DNA of 64,000 nt from Rebecca billardiae RCC1528 (Eukaryota > Protista > Haptophyta). The translations under genes and the position numbers were made by a program. Under the pieces are notes generated by a model that did no database searches, was not told the DNA's origin, and saw only the letters and a program-made list of their open reading frames with translations. How positions within the stretch are numbered: the first letter of the stretch is position 1; each line of letters opens with the position of its first letter. Positions 46,550 through 59,537 of the stretch are shown here, piece after piece. The stretch spans positions 2,728,001-2,792,000 of the forward strand of contig OZ251226.1 of NCBI GenBank assembly GCA_965240325.2, read 5' to 3'.

Positions 46550-46985
46550 ATGGTCATGCTTCTTACCCTTGCGACGAAGCTGGAGCACGATCCGAACGCC
46601 CCAGCGGGGCCGGTGTTCTTCATCAAGATTGCCGAGCAGCACACCCTGCAGGCCGTCGTCGATGCGCTCCAAAAGCTCCTTCACCTGTCGCCATCAGCGC
46701 AGATGGTGCTGCGGTACAACAGCGCCGTGCTCGCAATGAGTGCAAGGCCTCTTGAGGTGTGCGCACGCTGTGCGGATTGCACCTGCAGCGCTCCAGCTTC
46801 TGCGGGGAACACTCACCATTAGGCGCCCAACCCTGTGCGCCTGACAGGTCGGGCTCGGGACGGGCGCGGTGCTCGAAGCAGGGCTAGACGCCGATTCTTT
46901 CTCCCGCTGCGCCAGTAGTGCCCACGTGAACACGCTCCTGGACGTTGAAGACGTGAGCCTGTCCGACATGCTGAACGGTCTTTGA
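46550..46985 (+). CDS. Small ubiquitin/SUMO-like fold protein; intron ~46757-46847
   Basis: Spliced ...VFFIKIAEQHTLQAVVDALQKLLHLSPSAQMVLRYNSAVLAMSARPLEVGLGTGAVLEA...; beta-grasp-like pattern; no di-Gly terminus. Confidence 0.55.
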
Positions 46986-48151
46986 GCCACACAGGCGGGC
47001 CTGACGAACGTCCGCCGGCTGGACAACTACTGAATGGGCAATTGGGCCGCTGGGCTCAATCCTGGTGAGTACCGGGGCCTCTGGAAGTCTGGCGCTGGCT
47101 GGCGATGCTGATCGCCCCGCACTTGCCATGCGGTGGTACGATCTGGCTGGCTCGCCGGCTGGCGCCGAGTCCCGCGCAGCTATGAGCTATCCGAGCTACT
47201 AGACTCGGAAGACGTGCCCGGACAGTGGCACGGAGGAGCCCGATTGGATATCACACTCGTATGTGTCGTAACAGAGTCCGCGCGGATGATCAAGTAGAGT
47301 CGTGCGCTGCATGCGGACTTAGTTCAGGCGATGGAAATTAGACTATACTATTTATAATTATTATACAATATAAAATAAATGTTTATTATATGTTAGTTAA
47401 AGTCTTGGGACAACGACGCTCGCCACGGCTCGGACCGCCGGACCGGCACAGTCCGGCACTGCTGACCCGAGTGACCTGATGCGGCGCTGAATTCATGATG
47501 ATATTATCTGCTTGCATCATCCACTAGTAAGTGATCACATATTTAATAGCCGCCTCAATGCTGAGACTCACCACTAGGCACTACCAGCTGCGCTGCTGCG
47601 GCGGTGTTTCCTGTAACACCGAGTTTCCTGTAATACAGTCAAATGTCAATTTCATCCTCGCGCGGCATTCATCTTGCGCGCATATGTAGCTAGTCATCAG
47701 TATTACTTATTCAAAATGACCGCGCATTCCGCGGTACTTTTTTTCGTAGAATCACCGTGGCTGGAGCCCGCGGTCTGCGGACGATGCCGGTCGTTCGCCG
47801 CAGGCCGCGCAGACCGCGCCCGGGTCGCTCGTCAGTCAGCCCCGGTCCTGGTCGGCGCAGTGGCGGGCGCTGGCGCCGGCGGCGCGCCGCGCTCGGTCTC
47901 ACCGGGTCAGACTTGACAGACACAGAGTCACGCCCGGACTTCCGACGTCCAGGCAAATCATAACCTGATCGTCGACATACGTTATAATCAGTCTTAAACA
48001 TCCGCCTATAATTCAGTCCGAGACTGCGTGATCAGGCGAATAAGTGAAGGCGCCCGGCCGCCCGCTGTCTGAAATGAATTCTGGTCAGTTACGTCTTGCG
48101 TCTCAGTACGTTAGTTAGAATATTTACATATGCATATATATATAGCAGTTG

Positions 48152-48153
<2 letters not shown>

Positions 48154-48218
<65 letters not shown>
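48154..48218. repeat. (AT)n microsatellite
   Basis: Direct reading. Confidence 0.95.
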
Positions 48219-48223
<5 letters not shown>

Positions 48224-49058
48224 TCATACATACATACGTAGCAGTTGTAGCCGTAGGCCACGCAGCTACGCTGCCCCGGGTGATTCGACTCGTAACTCGG
48301 TCAGTCCGAAATTCTAGCTACTCTAGCTAAGTGGCGCCGGCGGGGGCGGCGGCCGACTCGCCCTGGCGCCGGGCCCAGTGGTGAGTGGTGCCCGCTTCGA
48401 ATCTCGCCGGCCGGCGGCCCGGCCTTCGGCCTTCGGGGCCGGGCTATCACTATCACAGCAGGCTTCATATATCCGAATCACGCGCGCCGCGCCCGCGCGT
48501 GGGATCGATACATTTCGAGTGATTTCGGTCCCACCCACGGGTGTGGCCGTGAGTCCTACGGCCCTGTCAAACTCCAAAGCAGGCGCAGCGCAATCAATAT
48601 AAAATCATCGCGCAGCAGCATGTCGTGGCGTCGGTGGCGACGTCATGACACGATGACACGTTGTATCAGACGCGTTATTTCAAAAAGCGGATTAATTTAT
48701 TTTTCGATAATCGTCAATCGATCGGTGCTCGAATTCATTATCGGCCGGGTCTGATCAATGCGACGATACTAAATCCGAGCAGACCAGGTACTGTAGCACT
48801 GTGATGATCGGCCTATCGGGCATCGTGCGGCCCACGGACGGCCTGCGACCCCGCGTGGCCACCTTGGCAGTGACTCAGTCAGACATTCACAGTGAGTGTG
48901 AGAGGCGGAGCCTCCCGGGCGGGAGCCGTCAGCCGACGCCCGACGGGCCGAGTAAGAGTTGGCAGCGCGACCCGGCGCCTGGCTCAGACAGTAGATAGAA
49001 GGTCGTGAATTGAGTACGCGAGTCCCAGGAGCAGGCCGCGGAACTGTTAAGACTGCTG

Positions 49059-49216
<158 letters not shown>

Positions 49217-49420
49217 CAGCTATAACTATAACAGCAGTACTTCGCTGATAACGCCGCAACGGCTATGTAGTCGAACGCGGACTCGTCACGAAAGACGACA
49301 AACAAATGGGCACCGTGCAGCAGCAGGCGGGCGTGCAGCGCCGAGACTGGTGCCGGCCGCGTCGCTGAGGCGGCGGCATCCGTGTCCGATCATAGAGCAG
49401 AGACGCGTCCCTCTCGGTGC

Positions 49421-50497
49421 TCACGACTGCTCTGGCTGTGGATCCGGTTTGGATCCTCGCCGCACACTGTTCCGCTTGGACGTGGAGCTGCGCCGCTGGT
49501 GCTGCGTGAGCTTCTCCACGACCACCTGCTGCTGCACGGCTGCGGTGATGGACAGGCGTAGCTGTCGCGAGGCCGTACTCGGGCTCTTTGCATGCATCTC
49601 CGCGCTCGAGTGCGCGCGCATTGGCGCCCGCAAGGCGTCGTATAGGTCGTCCTCGTCGGCGGAGCGCTTCGACTTGAGCGGGTACGGCATCGGGAAGTGC
49701 GCTTGGACGAGCGGCTGCGTCGCAGAGCGCTTCGCGTGCATTCGCAGCGGCGAGGTGTGCTTGATTCTGCCAACCTCGGGCGAGAGCGTTTGGCTCTCGC
49801 CGAGCGGCGCAGGGGCTTCACGGCGCCCCCTGAATGGCGAGCCGACTCGCCGTACGCGCTCGACGAAGCTGCTGCGAACGGGCGGCAGCGCCGATTCGCT
49901 GTGCTGCTTGCGCAGCACGCGTGAGAGCAGCACGCTCGCCCCGCGGGAGGTGGGCGGACTTGCGCTCCTCTCGGCGCGCTCACTGTTGCTGCCGCGCTCG
50001 CTGTTGCTGCCGCGCGGCTCCACACGACGAGCCATGGGCTCGGGCGTCTTGTCGCCGATGACGTCCGCTGCCGACGCCACGTGCTCCACCTCCTCATCAG
50101 AGGAGTCGGAGGAGTCCGCCTTGGTGAGAGTGACGGGGACCGCAGGCTGCGCAGGCGCAGGAGGCTCGCGCGCCTGCGCTCGCGCCGCGGGGAGTTTCAG
50201 ATCGAGCGCCATCGACAGTGAGCCCTCCTCGTCGTCAGACTCGTCGGTGTCCTCCCCGTCCTCCTCCTCGTCCAAATCGTCCTCTTCGCTCCAGCCACGC
50301 TCGTTCCCATACATCCGGTGCCCCTGCTCGTCATGCTCGTCCGCGCCAGGGAGCTCGGCGAGCCACGTGTGCAGCTCGTCTTTCGTAACTAGAAAACCCA
50401 TAGGCGCCATCTTGCCCACCGCCGGGCACGTCGCCTCGTACGGCGACGCCGGCGAGGGCGCCGGCGCACGGGTGGGCTTGGCGCCGGGCAGTGCCAT
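49421..50497 (-). CDS. Hypothetical, largely disordered protein with an acidic tract
   Basis: Open frame from MALPGAKP with protein-like composition ([22 protein letters not shown]). No family recognised. Confidence 0.6.
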   Translation of the reverse strand: MALPGAKPTRAPAPSPASPYEATCPAVGKMAPMGFLVTKDELHTWLAELPGADEHDEQGHRMYGNERGWSEEDDLDEEEDGEDTDESDDEEGSLSMALDLKLPAARAQAREPPAPAQPAVPVTLTKADSSDSSDEEVEHVASAADVIGDKTPEPMARRVEPRGSNSERGSNSERAERSASPPTSRGASVLLSRVLRKQHSESALPPVRSSFVERVRRVGSPFRGRREAPAPLGESQTLSPEVGRIKHTSPLRMHAKRSATQPLVQAHFPMPYPLKSKRSADEDDLYDALRAPMRAHSSAEMHAKSPSTASRQLRLSITAAVQQQVVVEKLTQHQRRSSTSKRNSVRRGSKPDPQPEQS

Positions 50498-50526
50498 GCT
50501 GCTCACGCCCCCACCCGTTCCAGAAA

Positions 50527-51770
50527 CGCGATTAGTTCGGACATGATCCGGGAGCTCATAGGTCGTGACACGACCTATGAGCTCCCGGACCACAGTGGGC
50601 GCACGCGGGGCCGCGGCCGTTGAGAGGGGGCGGGGGCGGGCGGGCGACGTCGACGTCGCGGCGATCCACGCACTCTGCTGTCGAAGAGTTGCTGTTTGCG
50701 CCGCGCGCCGCGCTGGCGGGGCGGCCGGGACCCACGCGCGCCTTCGAACCCCCGGCGCCCGCGTGCTCATCGGCTTCCTCCGCCTGCGAGTAGCCCACGA
50801 CCGCGCCCGCCGCGCTCTTTGAGTGGGTTGACCGCGCCCGAGCCTGCTCGCCGCCGAGCGCGGGGATGAGTGAGCACGTCGCGAGGCGGCGATCGCGGTC
50901 GGGCGATCGCATGAGCCCATTTGGGCCCCATCTGCCACGGCGCGACCGCTTCAGCATGCGTATGTGACCCCACTTGTCATGGATGTCGGGTAGCGGGCGA
51001 GCACTGTCGGCCAGCGTGTCCGCGCGCGCCGCGCCTGTGCAGGGCCAGACGGGTCGGAAACACATCACAGTTGGCATCAGGACATGCTGATTACCGTGTA
51101 TTGCCCAGCGTGGGCCAGCAAGGGCATGACCTTCACTGCTCTGCCAGCTCGCAACGTGCGTCAATGCTGACGGCAACTCTCTGGTCGCCAGAAGAACTTG
51201 CTTGAGTTCTCGTCGCGAACACGGCAGGCGTCGCATAACTACAGATATGCTGACCAATCGTGCCAGCCAGTTTGCGTAGTGCAGACATCACGAGACGCCA
51301 CGGAGCGGCATCCGACCCGTATAGCCTTGCGCGAGCGCGCGCGCGCGCGCGGACATGCTGGCTGACAGTGCTCACCTGCTACCCGACATGAGACAACCCT
51401 GACATGTGGGGTCACATACGCATGCTGAAGCGGTCGCGCCGTGGCAGATGGGGCCCAAATGGGCTCATGCGATCGCCCGACCGCCATCGCCGCCTCGCGC
51501 CGTGCTCAACTCATCCCTGCGCTCGGCGGCGAGCAGGCTCGGGCGCGGTCAACCCACTCAAAGAGCGCGGCGGGCGCGGTCGTGGGCTACTCGCAGGCGG
51601 AGGAAGCCGATGAGCACGCGGGCGCCGGGGGTTCGAAGGCGCGCGTGGGTCCCGGCCGCCCCGCCAGCGCGGCGCGCGGCGCCCAAGTCACGTATATCTC
51701 GGGCCGCACGTCGGCCACGCGCCACTTGATCGCCATCCTGCCGCCACGAGCCGGGTGCGGGGCGCCTGGA
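50527..51770. repeat. Dispersed repeat with internal fold-back (arms ~50698-51030 / ~51335-51682) and a perfect 43-bp palindrome at 50547-50589
   Basis: Mirror ORFs 50767..50973- and 51406..51729+; tccgggagctcataggtcgtg-a-cacgacctatgagctcccgga. Confidence 0.8.
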
Positions 51771-52483
51771 GGCGGAACAACACCCCGTGGAACGGGTGGC
51801 AAGATGGGTCGCTTCGCCGGGCGGCTCCAAAAAACGTTACAAGTATGGAAATAATAAACGAAAAAAACCGGACGACTATACATCATCATGTTTTTTATTG
51901 CCGCTGCTATTTTTAAAAATCAATCTCGATCTGCCGCTACAGCTTGCTGACTCTGACGCCTGCCCGTTGCATACCACGTCGTTAATATATATATACACTA
52001 GTTACTCACTATACCGTAAAGCTACGTATCAGCCTGCTTACTGCTCACCGACCGTAGTCCTATCGGTCATACCGCTTAGCTAGTAGCAAGCCTACGGTAC
52101 TACTACTACTAGCATACTAGCAGTATTGTGAGGAGTAACGGTAGGCTGTCGGCGGCGGCCCATAATCATATATTGGCCCGGTATTATTAATGGCGCGCCA
52201 CGGATCTCTGACAAAATCGGGCAAAGCGACGCAGTGGACGGCCAATGGCAGACACCGGGGACCACGTCCACGAGACAGCTGGGCTCGGGGTTCGCTGCGC
52301 GTGATTAATTAGCGTGACGCTGCGGCAGCGAAGGCTGCCTGCGTGCACACAGATGCCGTAAGGGCCGCGCGTGCCTGGCCGAGCTCGCGAGGGGTCGTGC
52401 GCGTCGTGCGCAGCATCACTGCATGGTGGGTGGTGGGTACGGCCAGTAGGCAGGGTGCAGGGCAGGCGGATGGTGCCCGCCGC

Positions 52484-54362
52484 CTAGTACTCGCGGCGCT
52501 GGAACGAGTGGAGCGAGTGCACCGAGCCCTCGACCTGCGCCGATCCCGAGCGCGTGTCGAAGCGGAGCGTGCCGTCGTACAGGCCCTCCTGCAGGTCGGT
52601 GATCGACGTGCGCCCCATGTCCTGCAGCGAGTGCTTCAGCCCGGTGATCAGGTACGGCAGGTAGCGGTTGAGCGAGCCCTTGTCCGCAACGTTGCCCGAC
52701 ACGCCCTGCGCCACCTGCACCTTATCGCCGACTGAGAAGTAGCGGTCGGCGCTGCCGCCCTGCGCGTTCATCGCGTCGAGCGAGCCCATGCCGCGGTAGC
52801 GCTTGAGCCGCACGCCGTCCTTGTAGATGTACTCGCCCGGCGCCTCCTCGGTGCCGGCGAGCATCGAGCCCATCATCACGCACGACGCGCCGGCTGTCAG
52901 CGCCTTGCTGATCTTGCCGACGTTGCTGATGCCGCCGTCGGCGATCACCGGCACGCCGTGGTGGCGCGCGAAGCGCGACACCTGGTACACCGCCGTCGCC
53001 TGCGGCCGGCCGCACGCCATCACCTCCTGCGTCGTGCAGATCGAGCCCGAGCCCATGCCCACGCGCAGCGCGTCCGCGCCCCACTCGATCAGGTTGCGCG
53101 CCTGCTCGACCGTCACCACGTTGCCCGCGATCACCTGCACGGCGTCGTCGTACGTCGACTTGATGTACTTGATCATGTCGCGCTGGTACGTCGAGTTGCC
53201 TGCGCGCGTGCCGAGGTGCAGCGCGGGCGCGAACGCGCGTGTCAGCGCCCGTGCGCTGGGAGGCGCGCCGCGCAGGCACACGCATGGCGGGGGGGGGGCG
53301 GGGGCACACAGCGCGCGCGTGCGCGCGCACCCTGCGACGAGTCGATGACGACCACGTTCACGCCCTGCTCGACGAGGCGGCGCACGCGCTCCTTGTCGCT
53401 CTCGCGCGTGTGGATCGACGCGCCGACCATCAGCCGCTTGTTGGAGCGGTCCTTGGTCGCCATCGGGTAGTCGCGGTTCTTGCGCAGGTCCTTGCGCGAG
53501 ATGAGCGAGACGAGCTCGTGGCGCGAGTTGATGATGGGCAGCTTGCCCTTCTTCGAGTCGCGCAGGATGGCGTTCGCCTCCTCGAGCGAGCAGCCCTCCT
53601 CGCCCACCACCACGTCCGTCGTCATCACGTCCTTGACGAGCGTCGTGCGGTCCACCACAAAGTCGTGGTCGCGCGTCGTCACGATGCCGACCAGCCGCGC
53701 GCCCATCTTACCCGTCTCCGTGACGGGGATGCCCGAGAAGCCGTAGCGCTGCTTGATGTCGTCGATGTCCTGCAGCTTGTGCTGCGGCGACACGACGAAC
53801 GGGTCGGTGATGAAGCCGTTCTTGTAGCGCTTCACCTGGCGCACGATCTCGCATTGCTCTGCGCATGCCGGCCGCGGCGAGGCGACGGGAGACGCGCGGG
53901 GTGGGGTGAGCGCTCGTCCGCGAGCGACGCGGGTTGCGCGATGCACGGGTGGTGCTCGACGATTCGCCCCATACACACCCCGTCCGCCAACGCGGGTGCC
54001 CTGCGCGCGCGCGGGTGCGCGAGTCCCGTGCGTGGGGCGCGCTGCGCACCGTCGATGGTGTTGTTGCAATGCACGATGCCAATGCCGCCGAAGAGGGCCA
54101 TGTGGATGGCCGTCTGCGCCTCGGTGACGGTGTCCATCGGGCTCGACACGAAAGGCGCGTTGAGCGTGATCTTCTTCGTCAGCTTGGTCTGCAGCGACAC
54201 CTCGCTCGCATCGAAGGAAATGAAGCCCGGGAGCAGGATGTAGTCGTTGTACGTGACGCCGCCCGACTTGGTGAACACCTCGTGACCGCTGTACCCGTCG
54301 CGGAAGTCCTTGTCCGTCACGTCCTCAGCCGAGCCATTCTGCGGCTTGCCGTTCTGAGCCAT
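52484..54362 (-). CDS. IMPDH: Inosine-5'-monophosphate dehydrogenase; introns ~53859-54049 and ~53200-53331
   Basis: [22 protein letters not shown] subdomain, IDSSQGNS, catalytic [20 protein letters not shown] and VAQGVSG. Confidence 0.97.
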
Positions 54363-54763
54363 CGCGCGAGCGTGCGAGTGCGAGGGTGGCGGTGCTGGCG
54401 AATCGGGAGCGCGGTCGGGCCACGACGTCCAAGGACAGCGGGGACAGCCGCGGTCCAAGTGCTCGCTTGCGTCATGACGCACTCAGCGCCATACAACTGA
54501 CGAAATCTCGAATCTCGAGACAGGCCCTGTCGATTTTCACGGCCGGGCGGGCGGCCGCGGGGAAAATGGGAAGAAAGAAAAAATCATCACGGTCGCGGTC
54601 GTTAAATCATAGCAGAATGGGTCTTCCCGGCGTGGCGAGTCGCCGGCTCGGCGGCGGCGGCGGACCACGACGAAACGGGCATGGAAAAACGGCCACCCGC
54701 TCGTCTACTAAAGTGGCCGGCCAGCCGCGGCTCGGTTTGCGCACCCATCGACCCCCGACCACG

Positions 54764-55384
54764 ATGAGCACGCCCGCTGTTGAGCGCGCTCCGCACGCGA
54801 CGCCCACGGACACGGCGGAAGACGAGTCGCTTCGTCTTGCGCTCATGCTTCAGGCGGAAGAGGAGCAGGATCACCTCATGAGTGGCGCGGACGTGGGCGC
54901 GATGCAAGCCATGCCGGCGGCTGCGGAAAACGACCCTGATCTGGAGGCCAGCCTTGCGCTCGCTATGGAGCTGCAGCGGCAAGACGACGACGCACAGCTG
55001 CGTGCTGCCCTGGGCATCGTCGTCAACGATCACGAGGCCGCTGGTGACGCCGAGCCCGGCTCGCGCTCGCTCAGCCCAAGCCAGCTCGACTACGAGCACT
55101 TGATGCGCCTGCGCGACAACGTGGGCGTCGTGCTCCGCGGCGCATCGAGCGAGTCGCTCGCGGAGCTGCCGGTGCTCTCGCACGCTGAGTGCGTCGCACC
55201 AGGCAGTGACGTGCTCGTGGGTGACGTGTGCTCCATCTGCCGCTGCGCCTTCGAGGACGAGGACGAGCTGCGCGTCCTGGCGTGCAAGCATGCAGACCAC
55301 AAGGACTGCATCGACCAGTGGCTCAAGATGAGCAAGGCATGCCCGCTCTGCCATCACGAGGTCAAGGATCCGTCATCGCAGTGA
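54764..55384 (+). CDS. RING-H2 E3 ubiquitin ligase with UIM-like helices (BIG BROTHER-like)
   Basis: CSIC...CKHADHKDCIDQWL..SKACPLC; SLRLALMLQ and SLALAMELQ; DYEHLMRLRDNVGVVLRG. Confidence 0.88.
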   Translation: MSTPAVERAPHATPTDTAEDESLRLALMLQAEEEQDHLMSGADVGAMQAMPAAAENDPDLEASLALAMELQRQDDDAQLRAALGIVVNDHEAAGDAEPGSRSLSPSQLDYEHLMRLRDNVGVVLRGASSESLAELPVLSHAECVAPGSDVLVGDVCSICRCAFEDEDELRVLACKHADHKDCIDQWLKMSKACPLCHHEVKDPSSQ

Positions 55385-55927
55385 GGCCGTGATGAGTGGT
55401 TATTCGAGCTTCGTGCCGCGCCAAGCAGTGCAAGCCGAGAGACACGACCGTGACGTCATGCCGCATCCGTCCATCAACCAGCATGAGCATGCTCGGCTCA
55501 CGAGCAGTGCCTAGTGAGTGTGACCGAATCAATGATTCAGGTTATTCAGGACGTGATCCTGGATCCGAGTTCTCTTTGTCTTTGACGTCGCACTCGCGCA
55601 GGCCCGAGGCCGGCGGCCTAACCCGCACCGACCGACTGCGCACGGTGCCGCGGGCGGCGCGGGCCATCACCGTGAGCCCTAGTAGCTGTTAGCCAGCCTT
55701 GAGACTCCACCGAGACGACACCGCAGCCTCGCCGCGCGTGTCGCACTGCTGCTAGACTGTCCCGTACGTGTGTACGTCCGCCACTGCGCATCCGCAGAAC
55801 GCCAGCCCTGTCACCTGTGCCCGGCGACAGTCAGCCGCTGTGCCTGTGTTCGCTCGATTTATCTCGCCGTGCCATTTGATTTTTGGAAGGAGAACCTAAC
55901 GTCTAAGAAAAAAACTAGCGTGGGTCA

Positions 55928-56953
55928 ATGACGCCAGCAGCATGGTGGCGCTTGGCACGGACGGTGCAAGTACTGGCGTGCGTCGTCGCGGTAGGAGGCG
56001 GGGCGGGGAGGCAGGCCGGGGTCCTCGCGGATGGCAATGCTACAAATGCGCGCTCCGCGGAGCTGCCTCCCGCGCACATCTCAATCGCTTATCACGGCCA
56101 CTTTGTGCGGCGGGGCATCAAGCGGAGCGCTGACATGTGCAGCGACTTCTTCTTCTCGGCAGAAAACCATCGCATCCGGCTGTTTGAGCCGCTTCAGCGC
56201 TCGGGTGTCCGAGTTCGAGTCTTCTTTCACACCTGGGCATCCTTGAGATGCCCGTCTGCGGACGAGGCACTCGTCCGCACGCTGCAGCCGACTGCGCACG
56301 TCTTTGAGGAGCCGCGCAGGGAGAAGATTGTGTACTCCTACTTGCGTGCGCTGCAACTCGTGCTGCAGCACACGACTTGGGACACGTGGGCCGTCGGGCC
56401 GGCCAGTGGCGTGTGGAATCGCACTCACGCGCGCCTCTTCGAGGAGTTCGTCGTGCTGCTTCGCTTCGACAGCGGCTACTTCCAGCCGATCACTCAGTGC
56501 AACATCCGGTGGGACACACTCAACGTGGCGTGGCGTGACACCAAGAGCCAGTGGGATTACCTGCGCACTGTCAGCGACCATCTCTTCATCCTGCCGAGCA
56601 GGCTCGCGCCTGCGTTCATGGTCGCGCTCCAAGCCTCGGGCGAGGTGTACAAATCAGGTGCGGCGCACTACGTGTTAATCCCGATGGTCGATCCGCTCGA
56701 GCGCGCTGGGCTCGAGGCACATTGGATTGCGAGTGAATGGCACTCGTCGACCAAAACGATCGTCGAAGACACAGAGAAGCGACTCGAGGAAGCCCGGCGC
56801 ACGGGGACGCACAACCCCGAGCCCGGTGTTTTCATGGGGCTTGAGCGCCGATGTGGAGTAGGCGTGAAGTGCAACCTCGCAAAGCTCGCCAGCTTTGACC
56901 GACCACTGTACAACGCGTCGCCGTTGGGTTCTGGACTCGGCACTCCGCGTTGA
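55928..56953 (+). CDS. Signal-anchored protein of putative glycosyltransferase-like fold
   Basis: Hydrophobic N-terminus; ISIAYHGHFVR, VFFHTW, FVVLLRFD and VSDHLFI motif series; intronless. Confidence 0.55.
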   Translation: MTPAAWWRLARTVQVLACVVAVGGGAGRQAGVLADGNATNARSAELPPAHISIAYHGHFVRRGIKRSADMCSDFFFSAENHRIRLFEPLQRSGVRVRVFFHTWASLRCPSADEALVRTLQPTAHVFEEPRREKIVYSYLRALQLVLQHTTWDTWAVGPASGVWNRTHARLFEEFVVLLRFDSGYFQPITQCNIRWDTLNVAWRDTKSQWDYLRTVSDHLFILPSRLAPAFMVALQASGEVYKSGAAHYVLIPMVDPLERAGLEAHWIASEWHSSTKTIVEDTEKRLEEARRTGTHNPEPGVFMGLERRCGVGVKCNLAKLASFDRPLYNASPLGSGLGTPR

Positions 56954-57289
56954 CTGACAGAACGTCGTGATGACGATTCATCACCACCGGGGTGAACCGT
57001 GAGGGTTCTTGTTCCCGCCACGCGGCGCGGATATATCTGCTGACGCGGAGGATGCATGCCCGCTGCCGCTGATCGCGCCGGACTGGCTGCCACTATCCGC
57101 GTCCTGAGAATTTGACCGCCCGATTCCGGATTACAATTTACATCATAGTAGTGATTTCGTCTGGCCGGACGAGGCGGACGACGTCTGAACACTGCTCACT
57201 CCGAATTGATCGACGACTGATTATTGAATGGCGCGGAATATACGGCGTGATATATATGTCAATCGCGAGTATAATATTGATTATATATA

Positions 57290-57291
<2 letters not shown>

Positions 57292-57332
<41 letters not shown>
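57292..57332. repeat. (GT)n microsatellite
   Basis: Direct reading. Confidence 0.95.
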
Positions 57333-57336
<4 letters not shown>

Positions 57337-57673
57337 AACTGTTATGCGACTGTGACGTCGCCTGCCGTCAGCACCGCAGGACTGCCGCTCAGCCTCGCGC
57401 AGTCAGTCGTCGGCAGGTTCGGCGACCGACCTCACCGTCCGACCTGCGCAGAGAGGTGCCACCGCGCGGCTGGTCTCGGCGCCAACGGGCCGGTGTCCGT
57501 GTTGCCGCGCCGCCGACCGCGTGCCCGCCGCCCGCTGACCTGAGCCCGTGGCTGAGGCTTGAGGCCTTGCGTGCCAGCAGGCCATGGCTGATTCAGGGGC
57601 AGCGGGATGTTGATTGTTGAGATAGGAGGAGTCTCAGGTCGTGGCCCTCAACAGATCTGGTCTCGGACGCCTC

Positions 57674-58531
57674 TCAGGCGTACAGCTCGCCAGATGAAGA
57701 CGGCATGCCTCCGAGCTTGACGAGCAGCGCGTCGACGCGCACTTTGAAGTCGTGCGGTGAGCAGCCGGATGCATCCAGGGCACGCGCGAGCTGTGGCGCA
57801 GCGCCGTTCGCAAGCGCGCCCACGCTTCTGTCCAAGGCGCCAATCAGCTCGCCCGAGCAGCTTGACGCCGGCTGGATCGCGACGAGTGCGAGTGCGGACG
57901 CTCCGCTAACGTGCAGCTGCGTCAGCATCGCCGCCGAGACGCCGCCGAGCATGCCCGGCGGCTCCAGCATCGGAGCCGGCAAGGCGGCACTGCGTCCACG
58001 CCGGTAGGTGCAGTGAGCCTCGCTCTCGAGAGCGCGGAGGGGGACGGTGGCTGCGTCAGCCGCGTCTGCCCCGATGGCACTGCCCAGCATCCCGCAGGGC
58101 TGGGCATCCATAATCAGGCTGTGCTGAGGGTGGACGTTGTCCACAACGCATGCTGCCCAGCTGTGCGCCAACTCTGGTGGCACATCGTACTGGCACGCGA
58201 CCACGAGGACGCTGTCGGAGACAGCGTAGATGTAGCAGGATTGGTCGTCGAGGGAGGGCTCGAGTGTATTTCCGCGCGCATCGAGAGCCGGCATGAGCAC
58301 ACACCCGACGCAGCGCGCCAGCACGAGGCGCGTGGCGACATACGCACATGGCCCCTTCCCGAACGCAAAGATGGCCAGCTCAGGCTGCCGAAGGGCGTCG
58401 GGCAGCCCATCGGCGAGGATGCATTGGGCGATTGAGGCCGCAGACGCGGCTTCAATCGCCGCAGGCTCGAACGCGTCGTCTGCGACGCGCTGCGGCCGGC
58501 GCTCGTCCTGCTGCAGCAGGTCGAACGGCAT
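57674..58531 (-). CDS. PSMG1: Proteasome assembly chaperone 1 (PAC1/PSMG1-like)
   Basis: GNTLEPSLDDQSCYIY, CQYDVPPELAHSW and LEPPGMLGGVSAAMLT resemble plant/protist PAC1 as recalled. Confidence 0.65.
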   Translation of the reverse strand: MPFDLLQQDERRPQRVADDAFEPAAIEAASAASIAQCILADGLPDALRQPELAIFAFGKGPCAYVATRLVLARCVGCVLMPALDARGNTLEPSLDDQSCYIYAVSDSVLVVACQYDVPPELAHSWAACVVDNVHPQHSLIMDAQPCGMLGSAIGADAADAATVPLRALESEAHCTYRRGRSAALPAPMLEPPGMLGGVSAAMLTQLHVSGASALALVAIQPASSCSGELIGALDRSVGALANGAAPQLARALDASGCSPHDFKVRVDALLVKLGGMPSSSGELYA

Positions 58532-58778
58532 GCTGCTCACAACCGAGCTAACCGAGCTCGCGCCCAGGCACGGGCGCCACGATCCAACGCGCGCTTGACG
58601 TCCGGGAACCAGGTGTTCCGGTTTTGGGTTCGGCGGACGTTCGGCGTCGTTCGCCTGATGTCCGGTCGACTCGATCGCATCTGGAAGCAGGCCGCCGCCG
58701 CCATCCTCATCGCGCCCGCGCTGACCGCCGGCAGCGCCGAGGGCGTGCGCGCACGGTCGCGCGAGCGTCGAAGGCAGC

Positions 58779-59537
58779 ATGAGCGCGCCAACCACCGCCC
58801 CAAACGCGGGGGTGCTGGCTGGGTTCCGTGTCGATGTGTCGCACCAGGAGATCGACAACATCCTTACCGAGCTTGAGGAGATCTACAAGAACCAGCCGAC
58901 GGATTGGCTTGGGGTCAACGATATCGGGCAGATGCTCGCGCACATGATGTACGAGGACCTCGACGAGTTCGAAGACGCGATTAAGGGGTCCTTCGAGGAC
59001 TTTGTGCGCGCACTCCCCCACTGTGAGACGAAGGATGAGGGAGGAAAGCTCTTGTTCCGCGTGAAACCCGACCCGCCGCTCTCGGAGCGCCGCCACCTCA
59101 AGCTCACTATCGAGGTGCGCTCCACAGCCGACCTGATGCAGAGGGTGCTGATGAAGGCACCCGACGCCGCCATCATATTCCCCTCCAACGAGTTTGAGAT
59201 TGGCGCGGACTCCAAGCGCGCGATCAACACCCTGTACAACCACATCGCGGTCGCCAAGCAGAACCTGAGCATCCACGCCGAGCAGAACGCGGCGCACCTG
59301 ACTGCCGAGCACCAGCTGCGCATCATGGAGACGTGCGATGAGCTCGAGCGCATGCTGGATGTCGAGGAGCCGTTCGTTATGACCGTCGATGACCCATCCG
59401 GCCTGAGCGAGCTCAAGCCTCCTGGCGATGCAAAGTACGAATGGGCAGGAGAAGCAGCTGATCGTGGTGGCGGCGCTGGAGCAAGGATGACACTTGACGC
59501 GGCTGATCCTGTGGACAACTTCGCAGACGCCGACTGA
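58779..59537 (+). CDS. ZPR1 A/B-domain-like protein lacking the zinc finger
   Basis: [31 protein letters not shown] and [15 protein letters not shown]; no CxxC pairs. Confidence 0.7.
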   Translation: MSAPTTAPNAGVLAGFRVDVSHQEIDNILTELEEIYKNQPTDWLGVNDIGQMLAHMMYEDLDEFEDAIKGSFEDFVRALPHCETKDEGGKLLFRVKPDPPLSERRHLKLTIEVRSTADLMQRVLMKAPDAAIIFPSNEFEIGADSKRAINTLYNHIAVAKQNLSIHAEQNAAHLTAEHQLRIMETCDELERMLDVEEPFVMTVDDPSGLSELKPPGDAKYEWAGEAADRGGGAGARMTLDAADPVDNFADAD

